A DNA stretch of 62,318 bases, filler included, from Circinaria calcarea (taxonomy: Eukaryota): assembly GCA_051942165.1 (NCBI GenBank). It is 28 parts of 28 records of this genome, joined end to end, with 100 filler letters (N's around TTAATTAATTAA, not from the genome) between each part and the next. Parts side by side here need not be neighbours in the genome. Positions count along the whole stretch, not along the records: positions 8,972 to 11,109 come from JAVECS010003842.1; positions 11,210 to 13,347 come from JAVECS010003843.1; positions 13,448 to 15,583 come from JAVECS010003844.1; positions 15,684 to 17,818 come from JAVECS010003845.1; positions 17,919 to 20,051 come from JAVECS010003846.1; positions 20,152 to 22,283 come from JAVECS010003847.1; 22 more parts are not named here. One strand, given 5' to 3'. This document shows positions 10,703-21,893 of this stretch, one piece after another. The stretch's first letter is position 1, and every line of letters starts with the position of its first letter. Both the position numbers and the translations under genes were made by a program. The notes below the pieces were generated by a model. That model was not told the DNA's origin. It worked only from the letters and a program-made list of their open reading frames with translations, and made no database searches.

Positions 10703-12291
10703 GTTCGAGCTATTGGTGGTGTGCTGGAGTTAGAAATGATAATTGTATAGATTGGGAATGGAATATAGCGGTGGCAGAAAGATAATTTTCAACACAGGCT
10801 TTTTGAGCTAAGGTACCACAGTAAAGCGTCACCTATTTATAAAATCTGAAAGCTGGGATTGAATAATCGGCGAGGGCTGCGGGGGCCAAGATTTATGTGA
10901 GGCTAACCCAATAATAGTCTGACAGCGGAGGGGATAAACTAGAAGACATATGGAAAGAGGACACCGTAATTGTAGCCCACTGTAACATCAAGCGAGGGAA
11001 ATTTTCTCTCCGCAAGTCTGCATTAAGTCTTCTTGCGGGCTTAACTTAGGGTGGCACTGTATGCACACCCTTAATACATATACGCACACCCCAATTACCA
11101 TAGTTACACNNNNNNNNNNNNNNNNNNNNNNNNNNNNNNNNNNNNNNNNNNNNTTAATTAATTAANNNNNNNNNNNNNNNNNNNNNNNNNNNNNNNNNNN
11201 NNNNNNNNNAACAAACACTAACCCCCCTTTAAACCCCCCTGGAATCACAGCAAATACTAGACTCCCTCTTCCCCTCTCTCCCACCTCCGCGGGGGTACAT
11301 TTTGGGGGGTGAGAGGGGAAAGGAAAAGCAACGCCAGGAAAACAACCCCCCCCCCAAAAAAAAACAAAAACAAAAGGAAAATTAGGCTTTCAACTTTCCC
11401 CCATGTTTTTTCTGCTTGAGGGTTGAGAGTTTTTGGCGGTCCGGAAAGTTTGCCTCGCGAAGTTGGGCCAAGAGAAATAAGAAAAAAAATTAGTAGATAA
11501 GAATCGAATCGAACCCCCCCCAAAAAAAACTCTGCAAACTCATTACTATAGTAGAAATCCCATCACAATAGACCGTGACTCGTTAATAATGCGATCGAAT
11601 GGAATGGAATGGAGAAGAAAAAAAATTCCGAAAAGGAGGATTTTTTTTGGGTTTTTGGTTTTTGTGGAAGAAGAAATGGTGCCCGCCCACGGGGAAGGGG
11701 GGATTTTTTTTCGCTCTGGCCGTGGGACCGTGGCACCGTGGGGGGGGATTTTGGAAATTTTTTGAATCGAACACCATGACACATAATATGCAAAGGCAAA
11801 AAAACGTTAGAAAGATCCATGTGCGGGGGAAAAAAAAAGGGATATAGCGATGATTGTTCTGAAAACGTTTGGAATTTGTGGTTTTCTTTCAAAGACTCGG
11901 ATGAATTTGTTAAAGGTATGGTATGGTAGGGAGGGGCTTAAGTAATGTATTAAGGCGGGTAATCAGTTGCGTACGGAATAGTCGATCTATTGTGTAACCT
12001 CTATATGAGATGTGTAGTTCGCAAAGTGCGAAGCCAAGGGGAAAACTCTGTAGCCCACGCTAGTACTAATATAGGCAGTACAGAACTTCTGTATAGCATA
12101 CGGTATGCTTGGCTCTTTATTTAACAGAATTTAATATCCGCTCGGAAGTATGTACAATGCACCCCCTTCGCATAGACGCCGCCTCCCTGTCACAAAAAGA
12201 GGCAAAAAGCGCCCACAGCCTTCTTCCTTGCCCTTGCTCTCACTGCAAAAGAAATCTTCATCCTCCCCTAAGAAAACAGAGATCCGTTCCT

Positions 12292-13347
12292 TCACCCATA
12301 AGCAACCTGAGGCTGTGGCTCCCCAGGCGCCATGAAATTCGTGTCCGAATTGCCCGTCCTCTTCGCCGCCGAACATCGGGCCATCGTTGGTGAACTATAA
12401 TATCAAATCACCAAAAGTCAACAAAAAAGTGCACTTCTGAACCTCGTACTTCCGAAAACGGATCGACAGGGGATGGATGGGATGAAAAGGAAAGGAAAGG
12501 GGGAAACAAACCTCCTCGAAATCGAGTCTGTAAAGTAAAAATCCTCAATCACCCTCCTAAACGGTTCTCCGCTCGCCTTACTACCCTTGTTTTGATCTAC
12601 CAATTGCACTTTGCTCAACGCGCCCATGGCACTTGGCTCTACAACATCATACCGCCGTAGGACCGGACTAACCTCCTCCATCCGATCTCGCAGGCTTTCG
12701 ATGTCATCGTACGGGAGCGGGGCACCTAGGTACTCGCTTGCAGCACGCAAGATCTTCCAGTCATCTCTGGCGGCACCAGGTAAGCCTGTTGCGGCACGGG
12801 TCATCTGGACGCGTCCTTCGGTGTTGACATATGTCGCTGATTTCTCGGTGTACGCAGCGCCAGGGAGAATGACATCTGCGAGTTGAGCGCCACGGTCACC
12901 ATGGTGGCCTTGGTATATTACGAATGCTCCTTGGGGGATATCTGATTCCGAAATCTCATCGGCCCCTAGTAACCAAATCATTTTCGGGGTCGTGTTTGCA
13001 ACAGATGGGGATGGGGTAGTGAAGCCGACTTCGTAAGCACCGGCACGGGAGGCGGTTCGCTGTAGGACATTATAGCCTTGCCATTCGGGAGTTATAAAGT
13101 TGACGGCGTTCTTATCCACGAATGAACCAACGGTTTCAAAGATTGCTTTCGCGTCGGGATGTTCTACAGCACTGCTACCAACGATAATCATGGGTCGTTT
13201 GGCTGACTGTAGTCTCTTACCCCATGCACCAGCAAGGGCTTTCTTGAGGGCAGAAGCGTCTGCACCAAGGTGCTCGAAGTCAAAGGTACCGTCAAAAGGT
13301 TCGCCTACAAGGCCGATTTCAAGATCAGAACGGAGCCATTGCTTTCT
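12292..13347 (-). CDS. NDUFS1: NADH:ubiquinone oxidoreductase 75/78-kDa subunit, C-terminal part
   Basis: YQGHHGDRGAQLADVILPGAAYTEKSATYVNTEGRVQMT, DFYFTDSISR, intron 12395-12511, then SPTMARCSAAK..NFMAPG..YG*. Confidence 0.97.
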
Positions 13348-13447
13348 NNNNNNNNNNNNNNNNNNNNNNNNNNNNNNNNNNNNNNNNNNNNTTAATTAAT
13401 TAANNNNNNNNNNNNNNNNNNNNNNNNNNNNNNNNNNNNNNNNNNNN

Positions 13448-13487
13448 GTGCTTTCGCTTCCTGGAGGACGGCTGCTGTGTTGGACAT
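13448..13487 (-). CDS. First codons of a probable zinc-binding oxidoreductase (MDR family)
   Basis: ACAATG context; MSNTAAVLQEAKA resembles fungal enoyl-reductase-like N-termini; only 13 codons before the contig end. Confidence 0.3.
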
Positions 13488-14699
13488 TGTGGTCGATGTC
13501 AATCGTATTGAAGGTGTTAGATGATACGGAAACAATTGACAATTATACACGAAAGGACTTAACGGAGTTATCGCTTTCCGTCGTTTTGACTACCGTAGGC
13601 ATTATGTAGGATGACGTCAATTAGGGATAACGAATAGATTAAGGTACTCCGTAGGTAGGTACCTTATATATCATGTATGGGCTGCTTGATAGAATACCTA
13701 AGGATGCTCGCAGCAAGCTATAGCTACCTGTAGAATCCTACCACGGTGGGTGGTATGGTGTGAGTAGGAGGGTCGTGTCCTGTACGTATGCATTGAAGGC
13801 AGCCCGCACCAGATATCGCTAAAAATAATGAACTTCATTGAAGGTTGGAAGGGGTCGGAGTACACAAAGAGGAATGCTCTTTGTGTATTTTCGAAAACCA
13901 CCATGGTTTTCTGCAATGCCACTCATTTTATCCCACACATCCCTAAAGAGGTTTGCCGTTGCAGATAGTGGATCCTACCATGAAGCCGTGTTTTGGGTAT
14001 TTCTTGTATGGGGCCATGCTCTAGGGAGAGTTCCCTAGGACGTTGCACGTACGTAGTCCAAGGATTAACTTGGTAGAGTGAAGCATAGGTAGAATAGAAT
14101 ATGGCTCACATATAAAGCCGTCGCGTTGGTTGTCCCACCAAACTTCATTATGAGCATCTCGATGATGCCCCCTTGGTCCTCTGCATACATCTTGTTAAAC
14201 TGTTCGAGACAGTCTCCGGGACATAGTATTCGGTGGTTTTGTTGTTGTGTTGTAGTGAAAGAAGTGGGGAGATTCGCTATCTCTAATCTAAGCGGGTCCC
14301 CAAGAATCCAGAGACCCCTGAGCCGGCGTTTTGGCTTTGAAACGCCCCATCCACATCTGTAATCTGGATTCCTCCTCCGATATCCCAAGTCCTGTACATC
14401 CTTTCTTGCATCTTTCCTTTGCTCCCTGTTACTGACTACAGTCGTTCTTTACACTATACGAGCTATTGGCATCTCTGCGGACCAGCATTCGATCCATTCC
14501 ACTCATTTACCGGTCGAGACTGTGTTTGCCTCGACTTGCCATCGTATCCATTCCTTCACCGACGCCCGCCAGGCACCTTACCCTTTACTTAAATCGACCT
14601 GGGACTATTCCCGACCAACTATCAGAGGCCGTGAAGCGGGCTTTGGACCTACATCTCGAGGGCTGTGCCGTTCCAGTCGTTGGGGTACACGCATACACA

Positions 14700-15583
14700 A
14701 TGTCTCCATCTTTGGGGGCTACTCCCATTCCGAATGATCCTCTGTCTCAACTCCCCAAAGAACAAATAGGGCAAGGTGTGAATCAAAAATCAACACCAAC
14801 TGACTCGATGATTACTATCAGGCTGTCTGATACTTGGAAAGATGTTGCAGAAGGCCCATCGAGCTTCGAGCATAACGGCATCTCGGGCTACGATTCACAT
14901 TCAAGAGACTCTTGTAATGATGAGCTACCATTGAAAAGTACTATACACGTCTGCAAGACAGAGCTGGAGAGGGTTGACTACAGTGGCGAGGAATACGATG
15001 AGTTGACGGAACACTCACACCGAACATCCAGCCCACCAAGTCTTGAACCAAGCTGTCCAGAAGAAGCGACCTTGGAACTCCGTTCTATTTCATCTATCCC
15101 GCGGAGAGACAGCTTGCGCAGTACCTCTTCTTCTGAGAGTGCACATGTTGATTGGGAAGAATTGGACAAGAATGAAGAAGAAGAACAACGTGATGAGGGA
15201 TCTGACGCCGTGAGTAATTGTACATAAGGGTCCACTGGTTGGTCAATGGCTGACTAGATTCAGTCCACCAAATTTCTCCTTGCTCGTCTTGAGCAAGAAA
15301 ACAACGCTTTGGCTACAAACCCAAAGGCTAACGTCTCTAAATCACGGTCTCGAAGCCGTACTCGACCCCCGTCTATACAGCAGCTTAGAAAACTGGTCAA
15401 TGAGCCGACTCGATCGTCGCTACGATACACGTTACTTCCCTTACCACCCCCCATGACAGAACTTGAATTCTGGTCAGCACTCGTCACCGACTACCGTCAA
15501 ACGGCCCAGAGACTACCAACCTTGACATCGAATAAAATACGAAATGGGGTCCCTGCGCCCCTACGAGGTTTGGTATGGCTGAG
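14700..15583 (+). CDS. GYP5: Rab-GAP TBC-domain protein (Gyp5-like), 5' part
   Basis: VDWEELDKNEEEE..EGSDA, intron 15210-15263, then STKFLLARLEQENNALATNPK..RPPSIQQLRKLV..MTELEFWSALV.DY..TAQRLPTLTSNKIRNGVPAPLRGLVW (start of the TBC domain). Confidence 0.85.
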
Positions 15584-16167
15584 NNNNNNNNNNNNNNNNN
15601 NNNNNNNNNNNNNNNNNNNNNNNNNNNTTAATTAATTAANNNNNNNNNNNNNNNNNNNNNNNNNNNNNNNNNNNNNNNNNNNNGGAGTGGGGTGTGGGGT
15701 GTGGGGCGTGGAAAAGGTAAGAGGATGGTGGAATTTCCGACGAAGAAAAGGGGTCGAAGGGGTTTTTCATGACCACTGGTACAGACAGAATGTGATTGGT
15801 TCAAAAGGGAAAGTTTCCATTCCAGCAGTGGCGCGTTTAAGGTCGGGGAGTATGAACTTTAAATTACAAAGACCAAAGATATACACAACCCTCCCCTCCT
15901 GGCCTGGGTCGGATTGGAACAAAGATCATGCCCAAAAAGCCTCCACGACTCCCTCTCCATTACCACGCTAGGATCTCCAAACAGCAAAATATCGTTACAT
16001 GTTGGTAATACCAAATGACAGAAAGGAGCGTGACAACTTGAATTGGAAATTCGAGATAAAAAAAACCCCTCATGGATTAGAAATCATCAGGTAGGTAATT
16101 CGAGTTGGCGTCCATTCCCCCAATCGCGGTATAGGACGAATTTGTAAATCCATCAAAAGGGGGTAAA

Positions 16168-17818
16168 TCATTGAAGTGCAGTAATTTTATTACTAACGGT
16201 ATCAAGGACCAGCAACCGATTGGGGGTAACGATATTCTGGTTGTAGGCATATTGCAGGAACTGCCTGGTCGAGGCCTTCTGCACTCCGATAGTCGCTCCG
16301 AGACTTCCGCCGGGAACTTTGAGGTAGTTAAAGTAAACAACGTTCGGAAAATATTCGTAGAACCAAAATACAAAATCAGTGGTCCCAGCAAACTCGTACG
16401 ATCCGACTCTGTAACTGAAGGTAATGGACCTCTGACCCACAGGGCCGCTGATATCGCAACAAATAGAGTGCCCCAACTTGCTATCCACGAACAGGTCAGT
16501 CCAAAAGGGGGCGATGGCAACGTCCGGGAGGAAGAGTCTAGGATCAGTGGTGGTATAATAAGCGGGAAGAGGCCGGTTAGTATTCGAAATGTCCGGTTTG
16601 CTATTGATGGAGAGGAAACCATTGACCGATAAATAGACCACTTTGCTGAAGGTGCCGTAAATCCCAACGGCGAATGGCAATGTCATCACAAAATAGTCAT
16701 CATCAAATCTGGCCGTGGTGCCGACCCCACCTGCAAGGCATGTACTGTAAGATGACCGGGTTTGGGTGGTAGTTGCCGTTACAGTTACAGTAGTCACAGG
16801 CAGGGGCGCCGCCGAGATTACAGTTTGGAGCACGGTCTGGGTGACGGCGATACCCGTTACCGTACTGATAGCAGTAACGGTAGTCTTCCCGGTAGCAACG
16901 AGAGAGCAGGCGGAGGAAATCTGCGACGGTGTCCATGAAGTGACAGAAGCCGGCGTGGCAATTGCCCTTCTCTGAATACCACTGGCCACATCGCTGGATA
17001 CACCACCAGTTGTCGTACTAGCCACATCACTAGCCACATCACTAAACACGTCGCTAGCAGGACCACTAGCGGAACCACTAGCCATGCCAGTGGCACTTGC
17101 GGAGGCTTTGGCGGGATCAGTCAGCCTGACGGTTTCAACGGCAATGGAGTAGTCAGAATTGTCCGCAGCAGATGCATTAACGTCTCTCTTTCTTGCGCTC
17201 AAGAATGGATAGACGTTAGAAGTCTGCACAACAGTCCTTGTCGTTGTAGAGACAGGCGGGGTTGTGACAACAACATTGGTGACGACCGCAGTCACCGTGG
17301 CCACTTGGGTCTGAACAACAGATTGCGTCACGGCCGGAGGAGTGTACGAGATGTAAGAAGTACAGAAATCTGCTCCGCTGCTCTTGAGGTAGGAAATGTC
17401 GGATGGACAGATCGGGTTGCCGGGAGTTGAAGTGTTGAAAAAGGAAAAACTGTAGGAAATGGTATAATGATCGGTTCCCCGCCATTGGCCATCGTTGACT
17501 GCATACGATTTGCCCCATGCTTGAGTGTACATGGTGCAATATTGACCTTCGTTGACGCCGTTCTTCAAGAGTAAGTACGTGTTGAAAAATGTGCAAGCCT
17601 TGGGCTTCGACCCATCAGAAGGAGGATGAGCGGCGAGGTATGCAGTCTCAGCATCGCAAGCGGCGGAACATAACCTGGGATCAAATGGAGTGTTGGTGAA
17701 CAGCTTGTAACCCATATATGTATCCTTTCCGTTGCAATCCAATGGAGCGTTGATCGCAGAGGTTCCGTGGTAAGTTGGACCGGTGTAGCCTGTGGCAGTT
17801 TGATATGCAGTCGTAACA
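16168..17818 (-). CDS. Probable secreted modular protein: Cys-rich domain + Ser/Thr-rich linker + NIDO-like C-terminal domain (5' truncated)
   Basis: Frame open to the contig end. SAINAPLDCNGKDTYMGYK..FDPRLCSAAC..CTFFNTYLLLKNG..GQYCTMY; dibasic RKRD/QRR sites; SQISSACS; C-terminal DDDYFVMTLPFAVGIYG..VYLSVNGFLS..IAPFWTDL. Confidence 0.8.
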
Positions 17819-17918
17819 NNNNNNNNNNNNNNNNNNNNNNNNNNNNNNNNNNNNNNNNNNNNTTAATTAATTAANNNNNNNNNNNNNNNNNNNNNNNNNN
17901 NNNNNNNNNNNNNNNNNN

Positions 17919-18602
17919 GAAAATTTTCACCGCAATAGAGCTTTACCAGCTGAAGCAGATCTCTGCATTGTGATGGGTACCAGTTTGACCGTGCAACCTT
18001 TTGCTAGTCTCCCAGGCTTCTGTGCAGAAGGAGTACCGAGGCTGCTCATTAACAAGGAGCGAGTGGGTGGTCTTGGCTCCCGTGCTGATGATGTCCTTTT
18101 ACTTGGAGAATGTGATGCGGGGGTTCGCCGTCTGGCATCTGAATTGGGTTGGCTTGAAGAACTTGAAGCTCTCTGGAAGGAAACGAACCCTGATAAGGGC
18201 AATCAGGCTCAGAGCCACCTCGAGAAGACCAAGGACGAAGTCTTGGAGGACGAGATTAACAAATTGACGGAAGAGGTGGACAAATCGCTTCGTGTTTCAA
18301 ATCATCATACAGCTCAGCTTCGAAGCGAGCTAGATGAAAAGCATGGAGATAAGGTATTAGACGAAAGTTGGTCTGATACAAATTTTAGCTCCGAAACCAC
18401 ATATCCCGAGCTCCAGAAAGAGGCTACCCCTTTATCAAATGGACCCACTCACAGAGATCAGTCTGATAGCCACGACACAACCAATGGGCCTCCGCATCAG
18501 CAAACTACCTTTCCGAACCCAAGCGATGGTCATAAGGAGACTACCCAAGACTCTAGGCTCGAACACGTCTTCCCCCACACTGCAGAGAAACCATCGCTTT
18601 AG
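17919..18602 (+). CDS. HST2: Sirtuin Hst2/SIRT2-type NAD-dependent deacetylase, C-terminal part
   Basis: ADLCIVMGTSLTVQPFASLP..VPRLLINKERVGGLGSRADDVLLLGECDAGVRRLASELGW.EELEALW. Confidence 0.92.
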   Translation, partial: ENFHRNRALPAEADLCIVMGTSLTVQPFASLPGFCAEGVPRLLINKERVGGLGSRADDVLLLGECDAGVRRLASELGWLEELEALWKETNPDKGNQAQSHLEKTKDEVLEDEINKLTEEVDKSLRVSNHHTAQLRSELDEKHGDKVLDESWSDTNFSSETTYPELQKEATPLSNGPTHRDQSDSHDTTNGPPHQQTTFPNPSDGHKETTQDSRLEHVFPHTAEKPSL

Positions 18603-19971
18603 CGCTCTTAGAACCGAGTAAACGACGTAACGGCCTTGATGATCGCTGGACAATGAAGTCTATACGATACCCCAATCACTCAAAATCGGGAATAGATGTA
18701 TTTCTTGACGGGTGTACATCCACAAACACTCTGCAGCCTCCCCGTTTCTAAAAGATAATATCTTGCCTGATTGATGATCCAAACGATTTGATAACGATTT
18801 AAGGATTAACGAGAACCCCTTATGCCTCTGTCGGACAAAATGAAACAAGCCCATTGAAGCATGCTCTAGGTACAGACAGAAATACTTAGCCCAGCCGAAA
18901 ATAATATGCACTACCAATCATAGCAGGCGCATCCTGAGAGAAGACGCTCTTCTGACACGGAAGTACTGGTACTCGAATCCGACCAGCGGAATTTTGACAC
19001 TTCGCTATACAGCGGTTGGTTCACAGAGAGTCTCACATCTCGCATACACCCCCATGATGATATGTGGAGGTTAACGGGGGCAGTACGAAAGACCAGCACA
19101 GACCACAACTTCAGCCGTACTTGGTAGAATAGGTCTATGTGCAAGCAATAAGGTAGCCAACCATTCGGTTGAAGGGGGAGTTCCTGTACGATATGGGCGA
19201 ATGAGGGGCTAGAATAGAATAAAAATAGAATGAAATACAGCCAAAATCCACATACAAAAATCAATCTTAATGGGACCATGAAAATACCTACCTACTGTAC
19301 CTTGACCCGGCCCCCATCCCTCCATCCCCCTTTAACTACCGCACCGCACCGCACTGCACTGCAACCTCCGAGCGCCCCATCAAAAACCAAAACAAACCAA
19401 ACACACTGATCACTCATCCCGATGGGTGGCAGGGAATTCATGGTCCATGGAGCAGATTCCATTACATTCCCATTACATCACGAGTCGAGTCGAGTCGTTT
19501 GATTGTAAGAATCGATGTTTTCTAGAAGGAAGGGATGGATGGGCATTCGTAGTACCAGTACCGAACCTATGTACCATACTCCGTACCATTCCTATATACC
19601 TGCACCTGCACCTGTACCTGCAATAGAGTAACGACGTGATATCTATATCGTATGAAAATATCATTCCAAAAACTAGAATTACTAGATATCCAAAAAAATT
19701 TCACATTTTATATATTTAAAAAAAATCCATGTGCATAAGTTTTCTACAAACTCAAGCATCAGCGGCAACCTAGCTGGGGAAGAATTAAACAGAAAAATCT
19801 ATTATTATTATGCTGTGTTGTAGAATATAAGAAAAAGTATGAAAAGTAATTTCTCGATTCGTGTCAGATAGCAAATGCGTAAATCAATACCAGCCGCACA
19901 TGCATGCAGTAATTCCGTCACCGCCTTTGACCACCAAGGTAGATGGATATCTCTGTAGCCCACACCTCCCA

Positions 19972-20044
19972 TCACTTCCCGAGCCTGTACATGTTATACA
20001 TCTGAGACATCCGCGTCGCTTGCCCGGGGGTGAACTGGTTGTAG
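19972..20044 (-). CDS. Last exon of an extracellular M43 (pappalysin-like, Mep1-type) metalloprotease
   Basis: After a ..CATAG acceptor the frame reads YNQFTPGQATRMSQMYNMYRLGK*, matching the FTPGQxxRM C-terminal helix of M43B proteases; short, not in the ORF track. Confidence 0.65.
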
Positions 20045-20222
20045 CTATGCGNNNNNNNNNNNNNNNNNNNNNNNNNNNNNNNNNNNNNNNNNNNNTTAAT
20101 TAATTAANNNNNNNNNNNNNNNNNNNNNNNNNNNNNNNNNNNNNNNNNNNNAAAAAACCCCCCCCCGGAGCTTTATAGCTGACAATCGAGGCTATTTTTA
20201 ATTTAATTCAACGAGATTAGCT

Positions 20223-21576
20223 TTATATTTGCTGCATCTGCCCGAGTCGGGGTTCAGGGATTCGACGGAATTTCTCGGAGCTATAAAGGCCACAGCCTGT
20301 CCATTTTCTTCGATGCCCGTAGATCCACCAAACCGCTACACTGATGCAAAATGCTCCCAGCACGGTTCCCACAATGATTCCTATAATAACATCGAGTGGA
20401 AGCCCGGTGGCATGTGTCGTGTATTCGGTACCAGGAATAACGATGGAGGACGGGAAAATAGAGGGAGAAGGTATAGGGAAGCCATGTGTTGTTGGCAGGG
20501 GTATTGTGGAGGAAGGGAGAGGAGAGTGAGATGATGTTATGGATGTGCTGGTAAGGAAGCTAGATGTTGGTGGGAGGGATGTTGTGAATTGAGCATCCGC
20601 CATGGATCCAGCCGATGCGAGTGAGGAGGTCAATATTGGTGACGGCACTGGTTCCCCCTGTGAAGCATCCAGAGTTATTGAAGCGGGAATTGGCGAGTGA
20701 GGATGCCCATTGTTTGTTAATGAAGTGATTATTGCGTTAGTCGGGCTGCTGATTGTTACATTGCTGCTGATTGTTACGTTGCTGCTCACTGTTGCGTTGT
20801 TCAGCGGTCCAAGGCGAGATATACTCTGAACTGAAGCTAGGGAAGATGTGGTAGTTGTGTCCAATTGAAAGGTAGTTACCGACTCTAGTGTAGGTGATTG
20901 GGCTATCGAACCTTCTGTGCCAGTAGTCTCTATGTGCAGAGAAGTCGTAGAGGTCGGGACTAGCACAGAAAAGGAGAGAGCTTGTGCAAGGCTAACAAAG
21001 GGGAAGGTGGCTAGAACTGCCTCGCAGGCATTGGAATCGGATCCCTTAAGAATATCCTGGAAAGAAGTGTTAGCATAACAATAAAGTTGGAGAGACCACA
21101 CCTACGCTGCCCGCATAGCAAATTTGAAGGAACGCTATCTGGCTTGAAAGGAGTGCTTGCTCGTTGGAAGCGAGTGCAATCTGGATGGACTGATTGGCCA
21201 ACGCGTTGGCAGCTTGGCTGGCATTATTCGCCGCTACCAAAGACTGACGCTGCAGATCGTTGGCTATGAGCGTTGCGTTGTAGGATTTGATAGCCCATGC
21301 ACCAAATATTAGGCCAATTATCAAAGCCAGAAGGTGGTAGACAGATGTTGCAATGGTATGAGGCGTCAGACCGAGTACCTTGCCGGCAGCAATACGGACA
21401 GCTTCGGAGTGTGAAACAGCCCCAGACCCGATACTGTTATGTATCCCGGTGCCTGTATTGTTGGACGGGGAGATGAGGGAGATGTGTTCAAAGTCTGACA
21501 GTGTATCAAATTCTCCCGCACTATTGCTTGCATTATCCGCCATCTCTTTGTATATTGAAATAGCAGCTTGATTCAT
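20223..21576 (-). CDS. Hypothetical membrane protein with two TM segments and a Ser/Thr/Pro-rich region
   Basis: Two ORFs joined in frame by intron 21057-21105 (GTAGGT..GCTAAC..CAG). TM1 YHLLALIIGLIFGAWAI; TM2 IIGIIVGTVLGAFCISVAVWWIY followed by basic RRK. Confidence 0.75.
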
Positions 21577-21702
21577 ATAATTGAGAGGAGGATCCTAGGA
21601 TCAACCTGAGAGATATATTTCTAAAGACACATTGCTGGCGGTAACTGAAGCATCAACAAGATGTAGAATAGCCACATCCGGGCGCACTCAAGTAACACAG
21701 CA

Positions 21703-21893
21703 CACTGTATCGCAACGCCACTGTATCGTAATGCCACTGTATCGCAACGCCACTGTATCGCAAATGCCACAATCGCAATGCCACTAGCGGCAGTGATCTC
21801 TGCGATAGTGAGCTCTTACACAGTTTGCGACCGTGGATCTTTGCGGCATTGACAGCGACCTTTCGCAGTGACCTTGATAATAGTGATCTTCTA
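21703..21893. repeat. Bipolar motif array related to the one at 1-259
   Basis: Tandem 16-17-mers CACTGTATCGCAACGC, CACTGTATCGTAATGC, CACTGTATCGCAACGC, CACTGTATCGCAAATGC and CACAATCGCAATGC. From 21791 inverted units follow: CAGTGATCTCTGCGA, CCGTGGATCTTTGCGG, CAGCGACCTTTCG, CAGTGACCTTGATAA, TAGTGATCTT. Confidence 0.85.

Noticed and set aside
11210..11900. Several short F/K/G/P-rich ORFs (similar ones at 1764-2107, 45345-45623 and 51349-51781)
   Set aside because: Translations of homopolymer-rich intergenic DNA; no coding signature
18911..19279. 122-aa ORF with a hydrophobic N-terminus
   Set aside because: No recognisable motif; the hydrophobicity derives from a T-rich low-complexity tract
21703..21781. 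CRISPR array
   Set aside because: Units are head-to-tail with no unique spacers; eukaryotic context; no cas genes
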